Positions 16,009 to 24,368 of a stretch of 28,029 nucleotides of DNA are shown piece by piece. The DNA is from a virus (Duplodnaviria > Caudoviricetes). The position numbers and the translations under genes were made by a program. The stretch spans positions 1 through 28,029 of IMG/VR virus record IMGVR_UViG_3300008255_000386; one strand, 5' to 3'. Position 1 is the stretch's first letter, and each line of letters opens with the position of its first letter. The notes under the pieces are model-generated. The model ran no database searches, had not been told where the DNA came from, and saw only the letters and a list, made by a program, of their open reading frames with translations.

Positions 16009-17562
16009 CTACTCCTCTTTTAATCCCTGCACCTGATCCAGGATTTCGATCAGCGCAGCGTTTATCGATCTGTCGTCAGCGGCATCCAGCGCCGCCGGGT
16101 TGTTGGCCAGCGCGGTACTGCCCTGCTCAAAGGTCAGACCGCGATCGGCGCACATCTGCTTGAAATCTTCGATCTCGTTGAGCACATCTTCGATATCGCG
16201 GCCGCGCTTGGCGACGATCTCTTGCGGAGAGCGCAGGCCGGAGGCGATATCGTCGCGGTTGGCTTTGGATTCTTTGAGCGGATCGATCGGCTCCATGCCG
16301 TCGGGGATCCAGACGGCGCGGCGGTAGTGGTGCGGGTTATTGTAATACCCCGGCAGATCGAGTTTGCCGTGCAAAACAGCCAGGTCGATAACATCGCGGG
16401 TGATGACCATCGGCAGTTGGCGGATATGGCGGGCGATGGGCGCGCGCAGGATTTTAGCAAAATCGTTACGCTCGCCGCGCAGCACGGTATAGTTGAGGCC
16501 GGAATAATCACCGGAAATCAGCGAGTAGGGCACACCCGACGACACGCAAAACATGCGCAGGATTAATTTCGTAACCGGATCGAAGGCATCGCTGACGGTG
16601 CTGGCGTTGGCAAACTGCATGGTTTCGCCAGGGCGCAGATATTCGACGATGGCGTTTTCGAGGTGGTCGAGTTTTTTTCCGGTCTCGGCATCGGTCTGCA
16701 TGCCAGCGCCGAGTTGGCGACCGGCGGGATCGGCGGTGGTGACCAGGGCCAGATATTTGCTCGCCATTTTGGCGGTGTCAAAGGTCGAATCCATGTAATC
16801 GCTCAGATCGTGCGCGACCAGGACGCCGCTGACCAGATCCGAGATGCCGCGCAGTTGACCGGGGCGCTTGGTGTCGAAGCCGTGGATAACGTCGGCGGCC
16901 AGCACGCGCAGGGTGCGGCCCCAGCCATCGGGATCGGTAAAATGATAGGCGACGGTTTTGCCAGTGACCAAGTTGTATTCGATCCCCTGATCAAGCTTGT
17001 TGCCGGCCGCGACCTTGGCGCCGAAATCGGTCAGCCAGTCAGCCTCAACCGCCTGCAGCGCATAGGGGAGATAGCGCCCAGGGGTGCGGTCCCATTTTTT
17101 GATAAACAGAAACTCGCCACACTCGACATCTTGGCGTTTGCTGAGGCGTTCCAGCTCTCTGCCGTGCTGGCGCCCGGTGATATCGAGCTCGTCATAGGCC
17201 CAGGACACCGCATCCTCAATTTTTTGCTGGGATTTTTTATCAAACTTGTTTTGGCTTTTTTTAGCAGGATCGTAGTCCGGATTGCGCACCCGGCTCTGAA
17301 AGGTCATGCCGGTGCCGACGATAAAATCAACCAGGTTGTTTTGGGCGCGGGTGAAATAGGGGAAGTCGCGGACCAGCTGGCGAACTTTGGCGCGCACCGG
17401 CACTGCCGATGAGCGGATGAGATCATTAATCGATTTATTGACCGGCGACCAGTCGGCGGCGCTGCCGTATGACTTGGCGGCGGCGTACTGGCGACCCTGG
17501 ACAGCCGGCAGGTTATGGCGCAGATGCTGCGGCACCGGATATGAGCGTCCAACGCGCGCCAT
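16009..17562 (-). CDS. Portal protein, lambda family
   Basis: RPGQLRGIS, LRPGE, GDYSGLNY and IDPLKE motifs. Start taken at the TGATG overlap (alternative start 17601). Confidence 0.92.
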   Translation of the reverse strand: MARVGRSYPVPQHLRHNLPAVQGRQYAAAKSYGSAADWSPVNKSINDLIRSSAVPVRAKVRQLVRDFPYFTRAQNNLVDFIVGTGMTFQSRVRNPDYDPAKKSQNKFDKKSQQKIEDAVSWAYDELDITGRQHGRELERLSKRQDVECGEFLFIKKWDRTPGRYLPYALQAVEADWLTDFGAKVAAGNKLDQGIEYNLVTGKTVAYHFTDPDGWGRTLRVLAADVIHGFDTKRPGQLRGISDLVSGVLVAHDLSDYMDSTFDTAKMASKYLALVTTADPAGRQLGAGMQTDAETGKKLDHLENAIVEYLRPGETMQFANASTVSDAFDPVTKLILRMFCVSSGVPYSLISGDYSGLNYTVLRGERNDFAKILRAPIARHIRQLPMVITRDVIDLAVLHGKLDLPGYYNNPHHYRRAVWIPDGMEPIDPLKESKANRDDIASGLRSPQEIVAKRGRDIEDVLNEIEDFKQMCADRGLTFEQGSTALANNPAALDAADDRSINAALIEILDQVQGLKEE

Positions 17563-17810
17563 CAGCCGCGCCCGCCGTTTTTGGCATAGACCCGCAGACA
17601 AGCTGCGCCAGACTCAGCGTCTACTTTTTGCCTGATCCGCTCGAGCGCAGCTTCAAGGTCGGCCAGCGAGCGATACTCCACCGACCGGCTACCGCTGCCG
17701 GTGTCAATGCTGGCCTTGACTGTCTCAAAGCCGCCGGTCAGCAGTGCATCTGTGTATCTGTCGAGGAGGGCGGCGTAGAGAGCCGACCAGCTGGTGAAGG
17801 GGGTTGCCAT
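17562..17810 (-). CDS. Head completion protein (gpW-like)
   Basis: RSVEYRSLADL motif, immediately upstream of the portal. Confidence 0.8.
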   Translation of the reverse strand: MATPFTSWSALYAALLDRYTDALLTGGFETVKASIDTGSGSRSVEYRSLADLEAALERIRQKVDAESGAACLRVYAKNGGRG

Positions 17811-17837
17811 GCGCGCTCCTTGGGATAGTATGGCGAT

Positions 17838-17930
17838 ATTATAGGGGCGCTTTTTGGGGGGTATGGGAATTTAAGGATATTTAAGGGTTTTTATGGGTAT
17901 TTAAGGATATTTAAGGGTTTTTAGGGGTTG
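17838..17930 (-). promoter_or_regulatory. Putative activator-dependent late promoter with 10-bp tandem repeats
   Basis: TATAAT at 17843-17838 with no -35 consensus; seven 10-bp units (TTAAGGRTWT-like) at 17861-17930. Confidence 0.6.
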
Positions 17931-17942
17931 ACAGGGGTTGGG

Positions 17943-17998
17943 AAACCCACAACATGTAGCGATCAATCTTAAATGATGGCGCTACATGTTGTGGGTTT
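17943..17998. repeat. 19-bp perfect inverted repeat; each arm resembles an NrdR box
   Basis: AAACCCACAACATGTAGCG / CGCTACATGTTGTGGGTTT. Confidence 0.8.
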
Positions 17999-18010
17999 TT
18001 CGTTAAGCGA

Positions 18011-18053
18011 TGCGTGTTATGCCGCCGGTGTGGCTGGGTAATGATGGTTAGCT
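18011..18053 (+). mobile_element. Second attI-like site
   Basis: 38/40 identical to 23641-23680; identity ends right after GTTA. Confidence 0.7.
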
Positions 18054-18485
18054 TCTGATTTTAGCACCTGATTCGCGCAGCAGGTCGGCGGCGGACAGCT
18101 CGGTGAGTTTTGGCGATCTCCAGAATTTGGCGACGACCTCAAGGATGGCGATCTGCTCGGGTAGGCGCATGGTACGAACCCGCTGGCTAAGAGCGTCGGT
18201 GTCAACGCTCCATTTTTCGGCCAGCCCGTCGAGGCGACCGGCCTCAGCGATGTCGGCCCACAAAAACCGGGCCGGATCGGTGTCACGGTGATCAGTGTCG
18301 ATGACCGTGGCGTTGAGCAGATCGCAGATCAGCGACCACTCAGATTCTGCCATTTCCGGGCACTCGGCGGCGGTGATTGCACCGTAGCGTCTGACGATGT
18401 TGTTGATGCGGCCGGAGAGGCTTTCGACCTCGCCGATAATAACTTCGGTGGCGTCGGTCAAATAGATGGATTTTCGGCTGGACAT
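18048..18485 (-). CDS. Hypothetical protein, possible N-terminal ribbon-helix-helix
   Basis: RKSIYL...SLSGRINNIVRRY; AAGGAG RBS. Confidence 0.7.
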   Translation of the reverse strand: MSSRKSIYLTDATEVIIGEVESLSGRINNIVRRYGAITAAECPEMAESEWSLICDLLNATVIDTDHRDTDPARFLWADIAEAGRLDGLAEKWSVDTDALSQRVRTMRLPEQIAILEVVAKFWRSPKLTELSAADLLRESGAKIRS

Positions 18486-18532
18486 AGGGGTCTCCTTGGT
18501 TGGGGCCGGTTTCCCGGCCCCGATAGTTGTTA

Positions 18533-19300
18533 TTATATGGTAACGCTGGCGATGATCTCGAGCGGTTTAATCCGGGTGACACAACGCTTGCCGGTGGAGC
18601 ATGGTCCAATCTCGTTGCCCGACACTTCAACACGGGCGATGACCAGGCTCTGGTGCTCGCTGGCGTCGCCGAAAATATTATTCTGATGCGCAGCGGACAG
18701 AACCTCATCGAGGCTGCGGTAGTAATAAAATCCGCCGGTGTGATCGTCTGTAGCTTTCTCGGTGCGGGTTTTGCCCAGCGGCCAGGGCGACCCATCCCAG
18801 ACGGAGACGGGATTGCCGGACTCGTCGAGGGTCAGGGCTTTGTAGCCGTGGCGGTGTTCCTGGCCCTTGACCTTGAGGCGGCTTTTGCCTTCGATAACTT
18901 CGATGGCGTAGCCGATGACCTGGCCGGAGGACTTGGCTGCCTTGGCAGCAACAGCCTTCTGTGCTTCGGCGACTTTGACGCCTTTTCCGCATTTGGCGAT
19001 GAGGTAGTAGGTTTTTGAAAGAGTTTTGACGCCGTACTTGCTGCCTTCAACCTCGCGGCAGCAGAGCAGCGCTTTTGTCGCGGCGGGGTTAATGTCATAA
19101 AGCTCGTGATGCAGGGCGGAGCCATCCCAGCGGCCCTTGCGGTCACGGCTGAGGGTGTCATGGCTGGCCGGGAGTTTCTTCCCGGCCAGTTTGACCAGAT
19201 TCCAGGCGGTGGCGAGAAGGGCGCGATGCTCGGGTTCGGTGGTGTGGCTGGTGATGAGTTCGCCATAGCTGCTGCGGGTCAGTGTGGTTTGAGTGGTCAT
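18533..19300 (-). CDS. Hypothetical accessory protein
   Basis: 255 aa, AAGGAG RBS, own promoter upstream. Confidence 0.75.
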   Translation of the reverse strand: MTTQTTLTRSSYGELITSHTTEPEHRALLATAWNLVKLAGKKLPASHDTLSRDRKGRWDGSALHHELYDINPAATKALLCCREVEGSKYGVKTLSKTYYLIAKCGKGVKVAEAQKAVAAKAAKSSGQVIGYAIEVIEGKSRLKVKGQEHRHGYKALTLDESGNPVSVWDGSPWPLGKTRTEKATDDHTGGFYYYRSLDEVLSAAHQNNIFGDASEHQSLVIARVEVSGNEIGPCSTGKRCVTRIKPLEIIASVTI

Positions 19301-19372
19301 GGTGGGTCTCCTTTCGCCTTCCCTGTCGGGTGGCGTGTTAAGTGGGGGTTTTGTTGCCCTCTTGTTGTTAAG

Positions 19373-19401
19373 ATAATACTATAGTAATACTATGGTGTCA
19401 A
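19373..19401 (-). promoter_or_regulatory. Sigma70 promoter of the accessory module with overlapping repeat operator
   Basis: TTGACA-17 bp-TATTAT; TAATACTAT occurs twice (19374, 19385). Confidence 0.7.
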
Positions 19402-19437
19402 CAAGAAAAGCGAAGAAATCTAAATTAAAAAAACTCA

Positions 19438-19623
19438 TCACTCTGCCGATACCATGTCATGGTTCCACCGGTCGATGGCCTTCTTAGATCCCATCCATGA
19501 CCCCCTGGCTTTTTTGATCGGAAGCCCGAATTCCCGGTGGTAATTGATCACGGTCACCTCACTACGGCCCAGGTAGCCACAAATTGCTTTCATCCCATTT
19601 AAAATATCATCGCTGCGGGTCAT
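19438..19623 (-). CDS. Small Xis/MerR-like HTH DNA-binding protein, candidate late activator
   Basis: GMKAICGYLGRSEVTV....GLP...GSW......IDRW; directly after terL. Confidence 0.75.
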   Translation of the reverse strand: MTRSDDILNGMKAICGYLGRSEVTVINYHREFGLPIKKARGSWMGSKKAIDRWNHDMVSAE

Positions 19624-19625
19624 GG

Positions 19626-21614
19626 CTACCATCTCCTCGATTTGCGGTTTTGGGGTTGTTGTGCTGGATTATTTTCAGGTTTTGTTTTTTGTTCCGGTTG
19701 AATTTCGCGGGGCATATTTAGTCTGCCCTGCTGCTTGAGCAGCTCGATGTGGTACATGCGATAGGTGGCGCAGTCGGCATAGTCATTCCGACCGGCGCTT
19801 TTGTCGTGCTCCCAGATCCCGAGCTCGTTACGGTATTCGGCGCATAAATGCTTGGCATAATCTTCGAGATCGTTGGCGAGCAGCAAGCTGCCCTTTTGTT
19901 GCTGCTCCAGCTGCCCCTGGGTGTATCCGCTATAGAGCACAAACGCGCCGGGGTCTTCAGGGTTGATGGCGATGCGCCGGGCGAGTTCATCTTTAAAATA
20001 ATGGACATCCAAGGTCACCAGGATCAGCCCGCCGGGGATCGGCTTGCTGGTGCCGGGCCAGCGGTCGAGGGTGGTGTATTTGACCGGGGTATCTTTGCGA
20101 CCGGTCCCCTTGACCGGAATAAACATCGGGTTGGCCTTGCAAAATTCATAAACTTCTTTAGTTCGCGAATGTTTGGGCGGCATCCCGGCTTTGCGCGTAC
20201 CGCCGGAATCGATGAGTGCCGACTGGATGCGGTACTCCCGTTGCTCGGCATCGGTCCAGGTGCGCGCGCTCAGGGTGAGGAGGTCGGCGAAGTTGAGCAA
20301 AAAACCCTTACTGACCAGGTGCGAGGTTCCGGCGTCTCCGTAGGCGATGGCGGCCAGCTCATAATAAAATCCGCTCTGCTGGGTATCGACCTGCAGGGCG
20401 AGGCAGGCGCTGCCGGTCGGGACCAGATCGCGCGGGCGATCATCACACAGGGATAAAAGTACCTTGTGGTCGGCAGCCGCTTTGGGTGGGTCGTAGTTTT
20501 CGACGGCGTAGCCGTTGGCCCAGGCGATCTTTGCGGCGGTGTCGCCGATTTCGGCCTTGGCCTTGGCGGCGCAAATCTCGCTCATTTTGATCTGGGGCAG
20601 ATACCATGCCGGCAGGTGGTAGCCGATACTGACCGGGGCGCTGATCTCGCCGCCCTTGATAGCGACATCGCGGCCATTGACGTAACTGCTTTTGCGGTCC
20701 TGCTCATCCCAGTCAGCACCGCAGGCGTTGCAGGAGTAGGCGAGCTTAACAGTGCCGTTTTTGATGTCCTCTTCCCGTGCGTCGGCCGGAATGACAAAAC
20801 CATCAGGGCTCATGCGGATCTGTTCATCACAATGTGGACATTTGGCGGTGCGGCTCCAGACCTGCTGGCAGGCCATGGTTTTTTTGTAGATAAAGCCCTG
20901 CGCCGGGGTGCTGGCGTAGATCAGCATACTGCTGTCATCATCGCGCCCGCGCTTTTCGAACAGGGTGAGAATGTCGGTCTCTTTGCCGACTCCTTTGGTG
21001 TCCATTTTGTCGATTTCATCGGCGATATTGAGCTTGCCGAACCAGCCGGCGACAGATCCGGGGCTTCCGGCCCAGGCGGGCTTTAAGCCGGTGCCGTTTT
21101 TGAACTTGATTTTTTTGCGGGTGGTGTCATCTGCATAACTGCTCAGCAGCCTGGCGCTGCGCGGGCTGGCTTTCAGCACCGGGATGATGCGATCACCAAC
21201 TTCTTCTTTAGCTTTTTCCTCGGAGGGCATCAGCCAGAAGACATTGCCCGACTCAAAACCGCGGTCGATTTTATACATGGCGGTATTTAACAAAATGTTG
21301 GTCTTGCCGCCGCGCTCGGTCATACACAGGCAGACGGTGCGCACGCTGGGCAGGCCGATCAGGTCCATGATCTTTTTTGCGTGGGGGATCAGCTCATTGC
21401 GCCAGGGGCCGGGGTGGGCATCGATCGGCGTGACGCGGCGGTATTTTTCGGCGTAGTCGCTGATGCTGATATCTTCCGGCACTTCCATCGCTTTTTTGAG
21501 CGAGCGATGAAAGCTGAACTCAACCACCTGGCCGGAACAGGCGGCGCGCAAATGCGCGGGCAAAAAATCCGGGATGGCGGTGGTTTGCCTGATATCGAGG
21601 GCCAGGTTGACCAT
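19626..21614 (-). CDS. Terminase large subunit, GpA family
   Basis: PGPWR, ERGGKT (Walker A), ADEID (Walker B), STP, CPHC/CNAC, VDTQ and IDSGG motifs. Confidence 0.92.
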   Translation of the reverse strand: MVNLALDIRQTTAIPDFLPAHLRAACSGQVVEFSFHRSLKKAMEVPEDISISDYAEKYRRVTPIDAHPGPWRNELIPHAKKIMDLIGLPSVRTVCLCMTERGGKTNILLNTAMYKIDRGFESGNVFWLMPSEEKAKEEVGDRIIPVLKASPRSARLLSSYADDTTRKKIKFKNGTGLKPAWAGSPGSVAGWFGKLNIADEIDKMDTKGVGKETDILTLFEKRGRDDDSSMLIYASTPAQGFIYKKTMACQQVWSRTAKCPHCDEQIRMSPDGFVIPADAREEDIKNGTVKLAYSCNACGADWDEQDRKSSYVNGRDVAIKGGEISAPVSIGYHLPAWYLPQIKMSEICAAKAKAEIGDTAAKIAWANGYAVENYDPPKAAADHKVLLSLCDDRPRDLVPTGSACLALQVDTQQSGFYYELAAIAYGDAGTSHLVSKGFLLNFADLLTLSARTWTDAEQREYRIQSALIDSGGTRKAGMPPKHSRTKEVYEFCKANPMFIPVKGTGRKDTPVKYTTLDRWPGTSKPIPGGLILVTLDVHYFKDELARRIAINPEDPGAFVLYSGYTQGQLEQQQKGSLLLANDLEDYAKHLCAEYRNELGIWEHDKSAGRNDYADCATYRMYHIELLKQQGRLNMPREIQPEQKTKPENNPAQQPQNRKSRRW

Positions 21615-22345
21615 TATTCGTCCTCATCCTCATCAAATTCAATACTGAAATCACCGGCCGCATAGACCACCGAAAAGGTGGTGTGGAGCGCCTGTTGGGT
21701 GATGGCGCGGATCTGCATTTCCCGCGTCGGGTCACCATTACAGGCATTGATCAGCACCGGCGTGGCTTTTTTGAGCTGATGCAGCGCTTCCTCCATAATC
21801 CGTACCGCTAACGCCGCTTCGCGCTCGTAAACGACGGTGCGCTCAATCCAGTTATGGCTTTCTTTGCGCCCTTCGCGCTCGCGCTTTTCGACCTCAAGCA
21901 CGAGTTTTCTTTCTTCGAGCGCGCTGATCCGCTCGGCGCGGTCATCGTCATAGGATACCCGTGCAGGTTGCTCCAGATGCTCCTTGGCGTAGCGCATCAG
22001 ATCGCTCAGCAGGATGCGCTTGCCGACGCCGGTGAATAGATGGCTGTCCTGGCTGAATTTCCCGCCGCTGACCTTGTAGCCAAGTTCGAGCAAATATTCG
22101 CGCGCCTCGGCCTGTTTATCAAAACTGCGCTCGGTGGTGACAACTTTTTTAGGCAGATAAACCGGCAACAGTCTGGCTATACACTCGGACAATCCTTCAC
22201 GGGCAGCGTCAAGATCGCGTTTATTTGTGGCCGTCGGGGACACTTGATAAGCTTTGAGAGTCTGCTCTTTGGCCGCTCGCAGGATGTTCAGTTCGGCTTT
22301 GTCGCTGTCACTGGCTTTACTGAGAAGTTTTTTAAATTCAGGCAT
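21614..22345 (-). CDS. Putative terminase small subunit
   Basis: TAATG-coupled to terL; HTH-like middle and coiled-coil C-terminus as in gpNu1. Confidence 0.6.
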   Translation of the reverse strand: MPEFKKLLSKASDSDKAELNILRAAKEQTLKAYQVSPTATNKRDLDAAREGLSECIARLLPVYLPKKVVTTERSFDKQAEAREYLLELGYKVSGGKFSQDSHLFTGVGKRILLSDLMRYAKEHLEQPARVSYDDDRAERISALEERKLVLEVEKREREGRKESHNWIERTVVYEREAALAVRIMEEALHQLKKATPVLINACNGDPTREMQIRAITQQALHTTFSVVYAAGDFSIEFDEDEDE

Positions 22346-22349
22346 GGCT

Positions 22350-22637
22350 TTAACCCCGTGAGGTGTGAAGCGTGAGGGGTGAGGTGTAATAGCCACGCGC
22401 GGCGTTTTTTGCGATGGTTTCGGCGATCAGCTGATCGACATAGGCCGGACCTTTTTCTAAAATTTTCCGTCGCCAGTAGGTCTCTGAACTGTGCATCAGA
22501 TCTACCATTTCGAGTTCTTCTTCGCGCTGGTCTTTTGCGTTGGAGACCTCGACAGCTTCGCTCAGCACATGATCTAGCTGGATCTCTGAGTCGTTTAGCA
22601 CAACAAATTTGGCGGCGGGAAAATTAAAGTTGATCAT
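22350..22637 (-). CDS. Hypothetical protein (possible MazG-like helical fold)
   Basis: HVLSEAVEV, EMVDL..S.ET and KNAARGYY motifs; AGGAG RBS overlapping the intI stop. Confidence 0.6.
   Translation of the reverse strand: MINFNFPAAKFVVLNDSEIQLDHVLSEAVEVSNAKDQREEELEMVDLMHSSETYWRRKILEKGPAYVDQLIAETIAKNAARGYYTSPLTLHTSRG
22358..22392. repeat. Second GTGAGGN heptamer array
   Basis: GTGAGGT GTGAAGC GTGAGGG GTGAGGT GTAATAG. Confidence 0.8.
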
Positions 22638-22647
22638 AGCGTAGCTC

Positions 22648-23622
22648 CTAGGCGACCAGGTCAAGCGGGCTGATGACTCCGCTGGCCTTGCCGGTGACGT
22701 GTGTATAAATCTGCGTGGTGCGCACGTCGGCATGGCCGAGCAGTTCTTGCAGGGTGCGGATATCAGTTCCGGATTCGAGCAGGTGGGTTGAGAAGCTGTG
22801 GCGGAATGTGTGGCAGCCGCCGGGCTGTGATATTCCGGCGCGCCGCACTGCGGCTTTTACGGATTTTTGCAGGGCCGATGGGTGCAGGTGGTGGCGGCAC
22901 AGGCTACTTTCTTCGCCAGATCTGTTCCAGGCGGTTGGAGCGGAGGCCGGAAAAACGTACTGCCAACCCCATTGCAACGGTGCCTGGGGATATTTGCGGA
23001 CCAGCGCTGGCGGCATACTGCAACCGATGCTGGCGGCCTGGTCGCTGTCGTGGATCTGGCGCAAATCAGCGAGATGCTGCTGCAGGGCTATGACGATGGA
23101 GCCGGGCAAACAAGTGACACGATCCTTATCACCCTTTCCACAGCGGACAATGATTTTTCGGCGGTCAAAATCGAGGTCCTTGACGCGCAGCCGCAGAACT
23201 TCGGAGAGCCGCAGACCCGCACCGTAAAGCAGCGATGCCATCAACCAGGGGCCATCGGCCAGTTGATCGAGGATGGCGGTGACTTCCTGTCGAGTCCAAA
23301 CTGAAGGCAGGCGGCGGCTTTTTTTGGCGCGCAGCGCGTCGATGGCGCCGAGTTCCTGGCCGAGGACCTGGGTGTAAAAAAATAGCAGGGCATTGAATGC
23401 CTGATTTTGCGTAGCGGCCGAAACACGCCGCTGCTTAGCCAGCCAGGTGAGAAAGGCTTCGACCTCTGGGGCGCCGGTTTGCGCTTTATTGGAGGCGACC
23501 CGGGAGGCATGAAAGGAGATGTAGCGGCGCACCCATCCGACATAACTTTTTTCCGTGGCGAGCGAGTAATGTTTCAGCCGTATTTTCTCGCGCATTTTGT
23601 TGATAATCTCACTGTTTTTCAT
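22648..23622 (-). CDS. intI: Integron integrase
   Basis: HYSLATEKSY, STQNQA-like SAATQNQAFNALLF, YGAGLRLSE, GKGDKDR, the IntI-specific insert PPALVRKYP..W.WQYVFP, RHHLH and HTFRHSF...LLGH..VRTTQIYTHV. Catalytic residues are intact. Confidence 0.95.
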   Translation of the reverse strand: MKNSEIINKMREKIRLKHYSLATEKSYVGWVRRYISFHASRVASNKAQTGAPEVEAFLTWLAKQRRVSAATQNQAFNALLFFYTQVLGQELGAIDALRAKKSRRLPSVWTRQEVTAILDQLADGPWLMASLLYGAGLRLSEVLRLRVKDLDFDRRKIIVRCGKGDKDRVTCLPGSIVIALQQHLADLRQIHDSDQAASIGCSMPPALVRKYPQAPLQWGWQYVFPASAPTAWNRSGEESSLCRHHLHPSALQKSVKAAVRRAGISQPGGCHTFRHSFSTHLLESGTDIRTLQELLGHADVRTTQIYTHVTGKASGVISPLDLVA

Positions 23623-23640
23623 GGGTTGCGCTCCTTTCTG

Positions 23641-23683
23641 TGCGTGTTATGCCGCCGGGGTGGCGGGGTAATGATGGTTATGG
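23641..23683 (+). mobile_element. attI site
   Basis: Immediately upstream of and divergent from intI. Core GTTATGG at 23677, TAA half-site before it, and direct repeat GTTATGC 31 bp upstream. Confidence 0.75.
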
Positions 23684-24055
23684 CCTAAACCTGCATTTTC
23701 CGCTGGCCAGAAGAATGGCTTCAAGCTCCTCCACTCCCCTCTTCCCAAAATTCTGGATATTCATCAGTTCTTTTCTACTTTTCTTTTCCAATTCTTCCCA
23801 TGTGCTGATCCGTGCATTTTTTAAACAGTTGCTAATTCTAACGGAGAGAAAGGTTGTGTCTATTACACCTGTAGCCCCCATCTCAATAGCTTTTCCAAGG
23901 TTTTTTTCTGCTCTTTCTTCTCTCTCAGCCTTGAGAATCATTTGCCGCGCAAAGTCCTTCGATCTTCCGAGTTCGTCTCCAATCTGCTGCAATGTTTTTC
24001 CTTCGCGCCTCAAACTAAGTGCTCTCAGTCTTCTTTCTTTGTGATCCACTGGCAT
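23678..24055 (-). CDS. Cassette gene: sigma-region-4-like HTH fused to an RNA polymerase alpha-CTD-like domain
   Basis: EGKTLQQIGDELGRSKDFARQM followed by LSVRISNCLKNARI....L......L..IQNFGKRGVEEL, which matches RpoA LTVRSANCLK...PNLGKKSL; AAGGAG RBS. Confidence 0.85.
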   Translation of the reverse strand: MPVDHKERRLRALSLRREGKTLQQIGDELGRSKDFARQMILKAEREERAEKNLGKAIEMGATGVIDTTFLSVRISNCLKNARISTWEELEKKSRKELMNIQNFGKRGVEELEAILLASGKCRFRP

Positions 24056-24136
24056 TTCTCCTTTAAAAGGCCATAACCAATCTATCCAGCGGACCGGCTA
24101 TACGCTTCGCGTCCGCCGGTCCGCTGATCTCAAGCG
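23678..24136 (+). mobile_element. Integron gene cassette
   Basis: Starts G|TTATGGCC, and its attC begins GGCCATAAC (9-bp complement). About 44% GC by hand count of 23701-24060, lower than the flanking intI. Confidence 0.85.
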
Positions 24137-24142
24137 TTACCA
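24071..24142 (+). mobile_element. attC site (72 bp)
   Basis: R'' CCATAAC, 5 nt, L'' TATCCAGC (extra C), 12-bp stem CAGCGGACCGGC/GCCGGTCCGCTG, L' GCTGATC, 6-nt spacer TCAAGC, R' GTTACCA. Confidence 0.92.
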
Positions 24143-24152
24143 CGGTGCCCGG

Positions 24153-24368
24153 TCAACTCTCACGCTCGCAGAGCGCTTGACGTAAATAAACTGCCAGATC
24201 TAAGGCTTCCTGATAGGCATCAACCAAGGGATCGCGGCCATTATGGGCCTGGAGCGGTGTTCCGTATTTTTTGCGGCCTATCTGGTCGCGCTCTTTCATA
24301 TCGGCGATGACCAGTTTCCAGATGGGGGTTGAGGTATTTTTGATAGGGGCTGATTCTGGTTTATTCAT
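24153..24368 (-). CDS. Small conserved phage protein
   Basis: ERDQIGRKKYGTPL...DAYQEALDLAVYL motif; ATGA-coupled. Confidence 0.75.
   Translation of the reverse strand: MNKPESAPIKNTSTPIWKLVIADMKERDQIGRKKYGTPLQAHNGRDPLVDAYQEALDLAVYLRQALCERES

Noticed and set aside
17928-17956. + strand promoter from TTGACA at 17928
   Set aside because: No acceptable -10 at 16-18 bp spacing.
23623-23676. LexA box or Pc promoter at intI
   Set aside because: No CTGT-N8-ACAG or convincing -35/-10 pair is visible; a non-canonical LexA motif cannot be excluded.
23630-23684. Reading the repeated 40-mer as a minus-strand attC
   Set aside because: It has CCATAAC after the stop but no distal GTT or L-box pairing; its position fits attI.
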